Part shown: positions 1 through 13,009 of the stretch, one piece after another
Layout of the letters: each line of letters opens with the position of its first letter
Position numbering within the stretch: position 1 is the stretch's first letter
Assembly: GCA_964016885.1 (NCBI GenBank)
Contig: OZ024742.1
Coordinates: 160,766,001-160,830,000 of the forward strand
Source: Eledone cirrhosa
Taxonomy: Eukaryota
DNA length: 64,000 nt
Direction: 5' to 3'
Program-made: the position numbers and the translations under genes
The notes under the pieces: generated by a model
Told to the model about the DNA's origin: nothing
What the model saw: the letters and a program-made list of their open reading frames with translations, nothing else
The model's database searches: none

Positions 1-336
1 TCCGAACCTCTACTGATACTACCAATCCACCGTTAAATAATAAATATAAGAAATTGTTGTTTACCTTCTCGAATCCAGTATTTTGTGATACAAACTACTG
101 GCAGTAAAAAGGTAGTGTTAATATAGCACAGTTCTTCTATAGTGGACCAACAGTTGGTACACTATATAGATTAGTGCATAGCTGAGAATAGTTACCTTTT
201 TTCTTTTCTTTTTTTGGGGGGTAGGGGATATACATATATATTCATTATGATTATAATAAAATACATGAATCATGAGTCAACCACTTGTATTAGATTTCTT
301 TGGTAAACGGTAATTCGACATCAACTCGCCTCGGCA

Positions 337-445
337 TCTATCTATCTATCTCTATCTATCTATCTATCTATCAATCTATCTATCTCTATCTATCTATCTC
401 TATCTATCTATCTCTATCTATCTATCTATCAATCTATCTATCTCT
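337..445. repeat. (TATC)n microsatellite, 5' flank of Tx1 copy A
   Basis: Direct reading: CTAT repeats with TCAA/TCTC variants. Confidence 0.95.
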
Positions 446-3400
446 TGCGCGTGGCCTGGGCTCAACTTGGAAGCAAGCAATGCTTCTAAATGACCTCAGG
501 TCACAATGTATAGATGTGATGGTTATTTGCGAGGCCCGGATCAGCAACGTGCGACAGCTGGCCCCCACCTTTGATGAGTTTGAGATGCACGCATCTCTCT
601 GTCAGCCCGGAGGTGGGGGTGGAGTTGTCGTTCTGCTGCAAAAACATCTGGGTCTCGCAACACAGATGGTACATTTGGACCCGGAGGGTCGACTAGTGGT
701 TCTGGACGTGGTTCTGGACCTTGGCAGTGGTAAAGGCGGAGCGTTTAGGTTGGTAGCCGCCTACGGCCCTTTCGGGTCAATGCGGCCGGACTTCTTCCAT
801 CGTCTGGAGACTTTTCTAGGGACGTCCCGCTCCTTGCTATTAGTGGGGGACTGGAATGGTATCCTAGATGCACGCTGGGACTACGTAGGGGCCTGCCCCG
901 ATAGAGAGGGGTGTAATAGCCTCAAAGGGTTAATCGGTCGATTTGACCTGGCCGATAGATATCGACTAGATTTTCCGACTGCGCCAACCTGGACTTGGGC
1001 AAATCGTAGCGGATCATCTAGGTCGTACCTAGATAGGTTCTTAGTTAGAATTAAGGATAAGGACTTTTTAAGTTGTCCAAAAATGCGCATGGTTGGCTAT
1101 TCAGACCACAAATTAGTGACCTGCATGGTCAACCTTGACAGAACTCATAGACTGGGACCCGGTTACTGGAAGCTCAACTTGTCCTTACCGGCAAGTAAGG
1201 CTTACAGGAACCGGATTAGCACTTTAGTTAAGGAGCGGTTGACGGGCGCCATCGTCAACAGCAGGTGGTGGGGATCTCTCAAAAGAGAGATTAGAGTAGT
1301 CTCTATAGAATTTAGTAAGGAGTTAGCCTAAAATAGAAATAGGAAGGAAAGGGAGTTGGTAGATAGTGTAGAAGAGGCAATTAGAAGCGGCGACGTGGCC
1401 AGAGTGCTAGCGTCGAGAACGGCCCTGGGCCAGTTCTTCGACGCGAAACACGAAGGCTGCATCGTCCGAAGCAAAATACGTGCTCTGGGAAACGAGGGGA
1501 CCAAAGCTGTTAGCTGGGCCCGCGTGACAGAAGCCAAAAGAGGGAGCAGATCCACTATCCGGTCTTTGCGAGACCAGGATGGACGGGTGATCCTTGAACC
1601 TAAGCAGATGTGCGAGGCTTTTCAAAAGCACTTTGCCGGATTGTTCGGAAGGGGCGGGGGTCCGGTTGGGGGCGTGGACTTCGGTCCATACCTCGACGGC
1701 CTGCCGCGTCTCTCGGACAGGGAGGCGAAGTCCTGCGAGGAGCCGATTTCAGCCGCTGAGATAGAGGACGTGCTGAGCCAATGCGGCAAACGCAAATCCC
1801 CGGGTCTCGATGGTCTTCCATACGAACTATATCTAGCTATGCCGGACTTGTTCCCCGAACTCCTCGAGGCGGTCTACTGCAACTGGCAACAGAACGGGAG
1901 AATTCCCTGTGACCAAGGGCGTAGTCACGCTAGTGAGGAAGGACGAGAACAAGGGGGACGATATAAATAATTTCAGGCCCATAACTCTGCTAAATACAGA
2001 GTTACAGATTTTGGCCAAGGTGCTAGCAAAGAGGTTGGCGCTTGTCGTGGGCAACCTGGTGGGAGATGCGCAGACATGTGCTATCCCGTCCAGGTCCATC
2101 CACGATAACCTCCACATCATGCGATACATCATAGAGAGGGTTGGGAACGAACCCGGCTTTGGTGGGGCTCTGATCAACTTGGATCAATCTAAGGCATTCG
2201 ATAGGGTCGACCATGGTTACCTGGATGCGGTGCTAGCGGCGGCAGGCTTCGGACCCGTTTTCAGGGGCTGGATCAATGCCATGCACAGCAGCCGCATCTG
2301 CTCTAGGGTCAAGGTGAACGGCTACCTCTCGGAGCCGTTCGAAATCGCGCGGTCCATCCGACAGGGGTGCCCTCTCTTCTCCCTTCTGTATGTAATAACT
2401 CTAGAGCCACTGCTGCGGAAGTTGGAGTTGTTGCAGGGCATCCCGTTTGAACCGGGATTGCGGAAAGCGGTGCCAGCCTACGCCGATGACGTAACAGTAA
2501 TGGTGTCGACGGCCTCGGAAATCGGGGCGGTCGGCACCTTACTGGAGGAGTACGAAAGGTTTACAGGGGCTAAGCTGAACCGGGACAAGTCGATCGGTCT
2601 GCAACTCGGCACGTGGAGGGGCAGATCGATGCCCTCCGATGGCGTCGTCGGGCGCTGGACGGAGGGCCCGGTGAAGTTGCTCGGGGTCTGGTTCGGACCA
2701 GACCTCCAGGTGGAGAAGAACTGGGGTGAGGTGACGAACAGGGTGTTTGCACTGACCCAGAAGTGGGCCGAGTGCAAACTGTCCCTGAAAGGACTGGCGG
2801 AGGTGGCGAACACTTATATAGCGTCCGTCATCTACTACCGCCTGACCGTTGTGCCTTGCCCAAGGGAAACGCTCGCCAAAATGGAGCGCGCACTCTTCCA
2901 ATTCCTTTGGAAGAAGCGGGCTCCTATGGTGAGGAGATCCATCTGATGTCAACACCCTTCGAAAGGAGGGCTGGGGATGCCGTGGCTAATGATACGTAAA
3001 CACGCATTAAGGCTACGGCACCTTCAGGTATTCCTCTCCGGTCAACCGGTGTGGGCCCCGTTTGTGAGGCGAGCCTTTCCCAGACTCGTCTCACTCACCG
3101 AGCTGCAATCCTGGGTCAAGCAAAGACCGAGAAAACTGGGCGCCTGGCACACCGAGTGTGCCCAGGCACTCACGGCTCTGTGGCAGGCGGACCCGGCTGT
3201 CAGTGGAGAATCCACCTCGTCATTCTATAGAGGGCTGGTGGTTAGCAGGTGCGACGACGCCCTCGGAGAAGCCCTAGGCATGGAGGAAGACGAACTGGCC
3301 AACCTGTCCGGTAGGACATTCAGCCCGGGACCCTTGGATAACTTCCAGAGGTCCCTGGCCTGGCAATGCTACAGAAGGGCTCTGCCCGTTCTAGAAAGGC

Positions 3401-3861
3401 TCTACAGACACGGGCGCCCGGGTAGGGACCCATCGAAAAAGATCTGTCCCAGATGCGTGTGCGACGAGGAAACCGTTGCACACGCATTGGTACACTGCTC
3501 GGGCATTGCCGATCTGTGGGGTTATGTCGAACAACTGCTGTCAAGGGTGGGACCAATCCGGTTGACCACCGAGTCTATTGTAACGATCAAGCCGCCTCCC
3601 CTCTTCAAAAACGAAGGAGAGGCGGTGTTTCTGTGCGTAATAGCCATGGCGAAAGAGGTTGTATGGTGGACGCGTCTGAAAGGACTGAGGTCAGACACCT
3701 TTCTCTCTGGCCAACAACTGGTCCGTTTCTTCCGATATCATTTCGGAAGAAGGATCAGGATGGAGAGAGAGGTGCTGCACCTCAGCCGTTTCTATGAAAG
3801 ATGGGTGAAAGTGGTGAGAATGGCCCGTGTGAATGGGTCTTCACTCTACATCAGACTATAG
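446..3861 (+). pseudogene. Disrupted ORF2 (APE endonuclease, RT, C-terminal zinc knuckle) of copy A
   Basis: Motifs GDWN, SYLDRF, SDH, QGCPL, YADD and CPRC...HALVHC. Lesions: 12-bp duplication (VVLDVVLD) at ~697-720, TAA at 1329-1331, 5-nt deletion frameshift near 1909, TGA at 2944-2946. Confidence 0.93.
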
Positions 3862-4124
3862 GTGAGGAAGATGAAAGACCAAGGGAGCACCCCTTCTCTG
3901 TGCTCCTGAGGAGAAGGGTTGCACACTTTTTTCGGGGGTGTGTGCGACCCCCCAAGGCGCCTCCTCTCTATTGAGGACTTTGTTATAAATTTTATTTTTT
4001 GTTATATTTTATTTTATTTTTATATATTGTTATTGCCTCCTCCTTATTGAGGACGCCTTGTTTTGTAAACTCCCCCCATTGTACTTGTCCCACTTTTGAT
4101 GCCCTGGTGGCAAATAAAAGAAAC
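446..4124 (+). mobile_element. L1/Tx1-clade non-LTR retrotransposon, 5'-truncated copy A (older or diverged subfamily)
   Basis: Starts inside the APE domain (ARGLG) and aligns by eye with 7176-10847. Ends AATAAAAGAAAC, then the microsatellite resumes. Confidence 0.95.
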
Positions 4125-4148
4125 ATATCTAACTATCTATCTATCTAT

Positions 4149-4811
4149 CGACGAGGAAACCGTTGCACACGCATTGGTACACTGCTCGGGCGTAGCCGAT
4201 CTGTGGGGCTATGTCGAACAACTGCTGTCAAGGGTGGGACCGATCCGGTTGACCACCTAGTCTATTGTAATGATCAAGCCGCCTCCCCCCTTCAAAGATG
4301 AAGCAGAGGCGGTGTTTCTGTGCGTAATAGCCATGGCGAAAGAGGTTGTATGGTGGACGCGTCTGAAAGGACTGAGGTCAGGCACCTTTCTCTCTGGCCA
4401 ACAACTGGTCCGTTTCTTCCGATATCATTTCGGAAGAAGGATCAGGATGGAGAGAGAGGTGCTGCACCCCAGTCGTTTTTATGAAAGGTGGGTGAAAGTG
4501 GCGAGAATGGCCCGTGTGAATGGGCCTTCTCTTTACATAAGCCTGTAGGTGGAAAAGAGGAAGGAACGAGGGAGCACCCCCTCTCTGTGCTCCTGAGAAA
4601 AAGGGTTGCACACTTTTTTCGGGGGTGTGTGCGACCCCCCAAGGCGCCTCCTCTCTATTGAGGATTTTGTCAAAAATTTTATTTTTTGTTATATCTTATT
4701 TTATTTTTATATTTTGTTATTGCCTCCTCCTTATTGAGGACGCCTTTTTGTGTAAACTCCCCCCTTTGTACTTGTCCCACTTTTGATGCCCTAGTGGCAA
4801 ATAAAAGAAAC
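4149..4811 (+). mobile_element. Tx1 copy B, heavily 5'-truncated (end of ORF2 plus 3' UTR)
   Basis: Nearly identical to ~10185-10847; flanked by TATC repeats on both sides. Confidence 0.95.
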
Positions 4812-4932
4812 TTATCTATCAATCTATCTATTTTGTGGAAGATCAGCAGTTGCCTATGCATGCCAGTCTCTTCTCTCCAAGTCACAGATGTTGTCTAAGG
4901 AAATGCAAAGGTTGATACAGCTGATGTATGTT

Positions 4933-4987
4933 ATCTCTATCTCTCTCTCTATCTCTCTCTCTCTCTCTCTATCTCTATCTCTCTATC

Positions 4988-5050
<63 letters not shown>

Positions 5051-5052
5051 CT
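4933..5052. repeat. (TC)n/(TATC)n microsatellite
   Basis: Direct reading. Confidence 0.95.
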
Positions 5053-5271
5053 CTGATGGACACATGTGCTGAGCTCGCTCGGTAAGTTTTTGTTTAAATT
5101 CATACGAAAATTGTAAACTGTAAACTTTCATTTTTGTACCATTTTGTAGAGGGACTGCCAGGTCAAATTTTGATCTGGTCGGTCTCTCAAAATATTCTGC
5201 GCCTTTGGGCGAAATAGTATTGTGAACATTTTAACTTTCGAAAAACTTCGAAAAACCCTATTTTGAGAAAA

Positions 5272-5445
5272 ATGGCTGAAGCATCTTCACCATCAATCAA
5301 AGAAGGAAAGGGGAAGTCATACTCACAGCTTCCCCCTGCCACTGTCACAGCACCAGATGCCAAAGGCAGAGGTCAGAGAGAGGAAGAATTGCCTTCACCT
5401 GTTGACCGACCACTAGATGTAGCCACAACTACACAATAATTTGAA

Positions 5446-5476
<31 letters not shown>

Positions 5477-7159
5477 GCAACAATAAAGACAACAAAAACA
5501 ACAACAACACAAACGTCACAAGTATCCACGCACGAAACGAGAAAGACAACAACAACAACAAAGATGAAAACAACTCAAACGACGAGAAACAAAACAATAC
5601 TAAAATCCAAAACGAAAACAAAATATCTTTTGCACAAACGGCTAAATTATCAGTCGCTTATGTGCTGGAAGATATTTCAAAAGCAAAAGAAATGCTGGAA
5701 AAAGCCAAGAAATATGTGTCTTTTGGCGAAAACGGTTCGTTTTCTATACATTCACCTCCGGAGCTAAAAAGACAGACGGAATTACGAACTGTCGTATTCC
5801 GAACAATTTTAAATAAAACAAAGAAACCAGCGCAACCATCTCAAGCGGAAATTCAGTTAGTCTTGAAAGACGCGATGAGAGACATCACTTTTATACAAAA
5901 GGATAAACTCTATGGGAGTTTATCCATATTGATGAAAGACGAATTGGCGGCAAAAAAATACTCTGTGTCGCCAATTCGGTCCACACACTACACCTTCTTC
6001 CCCACCTACATGGGTAAAAAACCCCAGAGGATATGGATAACCACCATCACCCCAAACATAAACTACTGGTGGTTACTAACCGGTTTCCTCAATTTAGACG
6101 AGGACAACCTCATTTCAATAGGGAAGGCATCCGGCGACGCGTTCAGTGGAACGAGCATCGAAGTTCTGACCCAAATAAGGCCAGAACGCATCGCCCAAAT
6201 CCCTGAGCGCGTCATGCTGGATGACCGTACCCACCTCAACATTATTGTGGAGGGTAGGCGTCCCTCCTGTTACCTCTGTGGCAATAGAGGTCACCTGAGG
6301 GCTGCCTGTCCCCAGCTCACACAGAAAAAAACACTGCTACCAACACCAACACCACCCCAACTACAACAACAAAAACAACCACAACAACAACAAAAACCAA
6401 CAACCCCACCACCACCACCACAACAACAACAACAACAAACACGTGAAAAAATAACACAGAATACTGTCCCACCCAATCCCTCCCCACCCAAAACAAATAC
6501 AAAAACACGCACACCGCAAACACTACCAGAAAACATACCCCTCCCACCCAACAAGGAAGACGAACCTCTTTCGTCGCAAGACGAAAAAGATCCCTTCCAA
6601 CAAGTAAAAAGAAAGAAGAGGAGACGCACCACAGACATACATGTTAACTTTAACCCCCCCCCCCCAAGAGAACACAAACTACACACAAACCACCCCTCCC
6701 TGTCACACAACACTAACTGCTACACAAAAAAAGACCTTACAATACACATACATGAACACAGACAACAAAGAATTACGGAAAACAATTTCAGCAAACCCTT
6801 CGGTCCAAACTGAAGGGCCAAACTTTACAACTGCTGTGGGACTACCTCATTTGAAAATGATAAAAGTCCCAATGCACTTGTACAAAACACTGAAAATAAA
6901 TTTCACGGAGGACGTGGGCCCCCCCTGCGCCAAACCAATCAACCGCGTCCTCCTAAAAAATTTCACCCCCCACCCCACCCAGACACCCACTCAACCACAA
7001 ACACCCCAACCCCACAACACACCGATGCCCCTTCACTTCCACAAACCACCACCCCACCCAACAACCCATCCCCAACCAGCATGGAAATTGAGCGGCCCGT
7101 TTCCCGGGACGCAGAGAGGTAAGTGCCTTTTCTCTTTACCACCAACATGGCTGTGCTAA
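5272..7159 (+). pseudogene. ORF1 (gag-like, CCHC zinc knuckle) of Tx1 copy C, disrupted
   Basis: ATG at 5272 is in frame with ORF 5662-6813 but interrupted by TAA at 5437-5439. Knuckle CYLCGNRGHLRAAC. A probable frameshift in the poly-C run at ~6654-6665 leads into ORF 6641-7159, which overlaps the ORF2 start. Confidence 0.75.
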
Positions 7160-10100
7160 GAGTAGGGTGTCTAAATGCGCGTGGCCTGGGCTCGTCTTGG
7201 AAGCAAGCAATGCTTCTAAATGACCTCAGGTCACAATCTATAAATGTGATGGTTATCTGCGAGGCCCGGATCAGCAGCATGCGACAGCTAGCCCCCACCT
7301 TTGACGACTTTGAGATGCACGCATCTCTCTGTCAGCCCGGAGGTGGGGGTGGGGTTGTCGTTCTGCTGCAAAAACATATGGGCCTTGCAACACAGATAGT
7401 TCACTTGGACCCAGGGGGTCGACTGGTGGTGCTGGACCTTGGCAGTGGTGAAGGTAGAGCCTTTAGGCTGATAGCCGCATATGCCCCTTTTGGGACAGAG
7501 CGGCCCGACTTTTTCCAGCGTCTGGAGTCTTTTCTAGGGACGTCCCGTTCCCTGCTTTTAGTGGGGGATTGGAATGGTATCCTGGATGCACGTTGGGACT
7601 ATGCAGGGGCATGTCCCGATAGAGAGGGGTGCAACAGCCTCAAGGGGCTACTCGGCCGATTTGACCTGGCCGATAGATTTCGACTAGATTTTCCGACGGT
7701 GCCAACCTGGTCTTGGTCAAATCGCAGCGGATCATCTAGATCGTACCTAGATAGATTTTTAGTTAGAAATAAGGACAGGGACTTTTTAAGTTGTCCAGAA
7801 ATGCTCATGGTTGGCTATTCAGACCACAAGTTGGTGACCTGCATGGTCAACCTTGATAGAACGCATAGACAGGGCCCCGGTTACTGGAAGCTCAACTTGT
7901 CCTTGCCGGCAAGTAGAGCCTACAGGAATCGGATTAGTACGTTAGTTAAGGAACGGTTGACTGGAGCGATCGTCAACAGCAGGTGGTGGGTATCTCTAAA
8001 GAGAGAGATTAGAGTAGTCTCGATAGAATTTAGTAAGGTTCTAGCTGCGGATAGGAATAGGAAGGAAAGGGAGCTAATAGATAGAGTAGAAGAGGCAATT
8101 AGAAGCGGCGACGTGGCCAGAGTGCTAGCGTCGAGAACGGCTTTGAGCCAGTTTTTCGACGCGAAGCACGAAGGCTGCGTTGTCCGAAGTAAAATACGTG
8201 CTCTAGGGAACGAGGGGACCAAAGCTGTTAGCTGGGCCCGCGTGACAGAGGCCAACAGTGGAACTAAATCCACCATCCGGTCTTTGCGAGACCTGGATAG
8301 ACGGGCGATTCTTGAGCCTAAGCAGATGTGTGAGGCCTTTCAAAGGCACTTTGCCCGACTGTTCGGGAGGGGCGGGGAGCCGGTTGGGAACGTGGACTTC
8401 GGTCCATACCTCGACGGCCTTCCGCGCCTCTCGGACAGGGAGGCGAAGTCCTGCGAGGAGCCGATTTCGGCCGCTGAGATAGAGGACGTGCTGAGCCAAT
8501 GCGGCAAACGCAAATCCCCGGGTCTCGATGGTCTTCCTTACGAATTATATCTAGCTATGCCGGACTTGTTCCCCGATCTCCTCGAGGCGGTCTACTGCAA
8601 CTGGCAACAGAACGGGAGAATTCCCTGTACTGTGACCAAGGGCGTAGTCACGCTAGTGAGGAAGGACGAGAACAAGGGGGACGAAATAAGTAACTTCAGG
8701 CCCATAACTCTGCTAAATACAGAGTTACAGATTTTGGCCAAGGTGCTAGCAAAGAGGTTGGCGCTTGTCGTGGGCAACCTGGTGGGAGATGCGCAGACAT
8801 GCGCTATCCCGTCCAGGTCCATCTATGACAACCTCCACCTCATGCGATACATCATAGAGAGGGTTGGGAACGAACCCGGCTTTGGTGGGGCTCTGATCAA
8901 CTTAGATCAATCTAAGGCGTTCGATAGGGTCGACCATGGTTACCTGGATGCGGTGCTAGCGGCGGCAGGCTTCGGACCCGTTTTCAGGGGCTGGATCACT
9001 GCTATGCACAGCAGCCGCATCTGCTCTAGGGTCAAGGTGAACGGCTACCTCTCGGAGCCGTTCAAAATCGCGCGGTCCATCCGATAAGGGTGCCCTCTCT
9101 CCTCCCTTCTGTATGTGTTGACTCTCGAGCCACTACTGCGGAAGTTGAAGTTGTTGCAGGGCATCCCTTTGGAACCGGGATTGCGGAAAGCGGTGTCGGC
9201 CTACGCCGATGACGTGACAGTAATGGTGTCGACGGCCTCCGAAATCGATGCGGTCGGCACCTTACTGGAGGAGTACGAAAAGTTCACAGGGGCTAAGCTG
9301 AACCGGGACAAGTCGATCGGTTTGCAACTCGGCACGTGGAGGGGCAGACCGATGCCCTCCGATGGCGTCGTCGGACGCTGGACGGAGGGCCCGGTGAAGT
9401 TGCTCGGGGTCTGGTTCGGACCGGACCTCCAGGTGGAGAAAAACTGGGCGGAGGTTACGAACAGGGTGTTTGCACTGACCCAGAAGTGGGCCGAGTGCAA
9501 ACTATCCCTGAAAGGTCGGGCGGAGGTGGCGAACACCTACATAGCGTCCGTCATCTACTACCGCCTGACCGTAGTGCCCTGCCCAAGGGAAACCGTCACC
9601 AAGATGGAGCGCGCGCTCTTCCAATTCCTTTGGAAGAGGCGGGCTCCTATGGTGAGGAGATCCATCTGCTGTCAACACCCTTCGAAAGGAGGGCTGGGGA
9701 TGCCGTGGCTAATGATGCGTAAACACGCATTAAGGCTACGGCACCTCTACGTATTCCTCACCGGACAACCGGTGTGGGCCTCGTTTGTGAGGCGAGCCTT
9801 TCCCAGACTCGTCTCACTCACCGAGCTGCAATCCTGGGTCAAGCAAAGACCGAGAAAACTGGGCGCCTGGCACACTGAGTGTGCCCAGGCGCTCACCGCC
9901 CTCTGGCAGGCGGATCCGGTTATCAGTGGAGACTCCACCTCAACATTCTATAGAGGGCTGGTACGCAGCAGGTGCGACGACGCCCTCGGAGAAGCCCTAG
10001 ACATGGAGGAGGACGAACTGGCCAGCCTGTTCGGTAGGACATTCAGCCCGGGACCTATGGACAACTTCCAGAAGTCCCTGGCCTGGCAGTGCTACCGAGG

Positions 10101-10584
10101 GGCTTTACCAGTTCGAGAAAGGCTCTACAGACACGGGCGCCCGGGTAGGGACCCCGCCAAAAAGATCTGTCCCAGATGCGTGTGCGACGAGGAAACCGTT
10201 GCACACGCATTGGTACACTGCTCGGGCGTAGCCGATCTGTGGGGCTATGTCGAACAACTGCTGTCAAGGGTGGGACCGATCCGGTTGACCACCGAGTCTA
10301 TTGTAATGATCAAGCCGCCTCCCCCCTTCAAAGATGAAGCAGAGGCGGTGTTTCTGTGCGTAATAGCCATGGCGAAAGAGGTTGTATGGTGGACGCGTCT
10401 GAAAGGACTGAGGTCAGGCACCTTTCTCTCTGGCCAACAACTGGTCCGTTTCTTCCGATATCATTTCGGAAGAAGGATCAGGATGGAGAGAGAGGTGCTG
10501 CACCCCAGTCGTTTTTATGAAAGGTGGGTGAAAGTGGCGAGAATGGCCCGTGTGAATGGGCCTTCTCTTTACATAAGCCTGTAG
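7147..10584 (+). pseudogene. ORF2 (APE + RT + zinc knuckle, ~1145 aa) of Tx1 copy C with a single nonsense codon
   Basis: ORFs 7123-9087 and 9115-10584 are in the same frame. TAA at 9085-9087 replaces the Q of the RT motif RQGCPLS (CAG in copy A). Confidence 0.93.
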
Positions 10585-10847
10585 GTGGAAAAGAGGAAGG
10601 AACGAGGGAGCACCCCCTCTCTGTGCTCCTGAGGAAAAGGGTTGCACACTTTTTTCGGGCGTGTGTGCGACCCCCCAAGGCGCCTCCTCTCTATTGAGGA
10701 TTTTGTTATAAATTTTATTTTTTGTTATATCTTATTTTATTTTTATATTTTGTTATTGCCTCCTCCTTATTGAGGACGCCTTTTTGTGTAAACACCCCCC
10801 TTTGTACTTGTCCCACTTTTGATGCCCTAGTGGCAAATAAAAGAAAC

Positions 10848-10861
10848 ATATCTATCTATCA

Positions 10862-10892
<31 letters not shown>

Positions 10893-10921
10893 AATCTATC
10901 TATCTATCTATCTATCTATCT
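10848..10921. repeat. (TATC)n microsatellite, 3' flank of Tx1 copy C
   Basis: Direct reading. Confidence 0.95.
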
Positions 10922-11934
10922 GCTCTAGTGTCTGGTGCATCAGCATTGCCACAGTTCACTGACCGAAATGAGTTAAAGAAATAATAGAATATTCTATATT
11001 CCACTTTTTGTATTCTCTCAGTCATACGTAAATACACATGTGAGGGATTGGCGATATCGTTAGATCCTAGGGGGAAATGCCTTCACATATTTAATAGCGC
11101 TCCTTTAAATCCTACCGAATTCAACTTTGTCTTCGTAGCATTCATGACCTAAAGTGCCAGTTATATACTGAGATCGATTTAATTTGTGACCATATGTCAA
11201 ATTCAGGATAAATATTTAATATTGAATTTTTCACATATACATTCATATAGTTAAATACAATTAATATTTATATTCTCAAATCCTTTTCCCCACTTTATGA
11301 TGGAAGCGTGGGGATACCGTCCTGAGCGTTTTAAATCCAACGCCCTAACGAATCTGCTTTATTACTCAAGCATTTAAAAAAAAACAGAGCTTCTCTGAGA
11401 ACTTTGTCGAGTGCAAATTAGCTTGATGAAGCCAACTTCTATCAAACTAAATCATTTTTTCCATTTATCACCGCTCAGATGGCGTATGTCTTACATTTCT
11501 AGCGTAAATATTTAAAGTTGAAGCGGTTAATGACCGAGTTTATAGAAGTTAGAGAATAACTGTGAGCATAACTAACAAAGAAGAAAATTTAGTCAAAGAT
11601 GTTTCTGGAACCAAAAAAAACCCAACAAACTGCTCTTTGAAGTATTTTTATGAACTCAGAAAAGAAAAAAATTTAAACGTCTTTTACATTTATCGTGTGA
11701 AAATTTATATTCTATCGAACAGTTTCTAAGAAATATACGCTGAATAATATAACATTTAGTAATACCATATCTTTCTTTTTTATTTCATTGTATCGGCATT
11801 TGTCATTGCCTTAAACAATATCACTGGATTGGTGACAGTAGAATTACATACATGTGTGACATCTATAATAATAAAAAACAACAACATTGCCAGGCTTGCA
11901 CATTTCAAAGAAATTGAGTAGATTCTATTGATAA

Positions 11935-12480
11935 TAGTTGTTTCCGAGTTGGAGATAGCGAGTTTGGCTTTTACACCCACCTCCCTACTTCTGATTACTG
12001 AATGCTGAAGCATTACTGCACCAGCTCCTGCAATTCTTGCATTTAGCATAAATTTTACTAGGGATGCTTAACAAGGAAATTCCTTTCTAATTGGAGCAAT
12101 CTCTCTTGTCTCCCGTTTTAAAAATTGTGATTATCACTCCCGATTGTCATTGCTTAGGTGCCTTTCCAGAGATCCAGGCCACGAGCTCTACCTAAGTCCA
12201 GAATCCGTCTCTCTTGTTAACCCGCGCGAAGGACGATGCGTTGTGATTCTTTTTCTTACCTCTCACCATTTTGTAGTTTTGGTGGTCTTTACTTGCCTCG
12301 TCATAACTACATCACTGGGCTGTGAGAGTTTTCTTGGAAGCTACTGGTGTCACCAGCTTCAACTCCCATAGTAGTTTAGCGCTGTTGATCCGGGGTTGCT
12401 TATTCGTCCTGTAGCTGCTCGCTTATATCACAACTAACCATCATATCTGGTGGCGCATCGCTATCCGCCACCTAAGAACC
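11935..12480 (-). mobile_element. Internally deleted RTE-clade LINE remnant
   Basis: Manual minus-strand translation near 12050-12150 gives GVIITIFKTGDKRDCSN*KGISLLSIPSKIYA (pre-RT motif), fused to LNARIAGAGAVM...EVGVKAKLAI (post-RT region). Confidence 0.7.
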
Positions 12481-12779
12481 TTTCTCTAATAGAACACGAA
12501 AAACCTATAGCCAATTTATACTGACAAATCAGGATGTAGTACTGCAATATCATATAAATCCAGTGATTTATATTTCAGTGTACGTGGGGTGAAATGACCA
12601 TGTAAATGAATACTTGAATGAGTGAGTCCCATAACTCAGTGTATAGTCGGTTCCCTACTAAAATCTTTGTCTTCAAATAATGCATCTAATTGATTCCGTA
12701 AAGAATACAGCCTTCTACAACTGACAATCACGAGAAAATTTAGAAGCAGCACTTGTCAGTAATACAGTATTCTCGGGGA

Positions 12780-12975
12780 GATTCAACGTGATACATCATG
12801 TTGTACGACTGTTCTCTTTGAATTACAGGTCCACCAGACAGACTTCGAAACAGTTTCTGTTTCCTAATTTCAACTTGATGCTATAGTAAATGACATTTGC
12901 CCAAGATATCACACCGTTGTATTGAACTCGGACTTTAGAATTGCAAAGTTTATTTCCTTAACCCTTCAGCCATGC
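12780..12975 (-). mobile_element. Old tRNA-derived SINE, second family (related copy at ~14800-15005)
   Basis: Shared CTCTTTGAATTACA..CAG..TTC..CC.AATTTCA..TTG.C.AAG..GAAC.CG segments between the two loci, with a reverse B-box-like motif. Confidence 0.5.
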
Positions 12976-13009
12976 TCTATCCACTTACGATTATTACCAT
13001 ACCTTTCGA

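Larger units (their letters stand above)
5053..10847 (+). mobile_element. Tx1 copy C, apparently full length (~5.8 kb)
   Basis: 5' UTR, ORF1, ORF2 and 3' UTR ending AATAAAAGAAAC; (TATC)n on both flanks. The exact 5' end is uncertain by a few nt. Confidence 0.92.

Noticed and set aside
300-445. N-terminus of the 343-aa ORF (LSIY repeats) as a protein extension
   Set aside because: It is translated (TATC)n microsatellite running into a truncated LINE; there is no genuine start.
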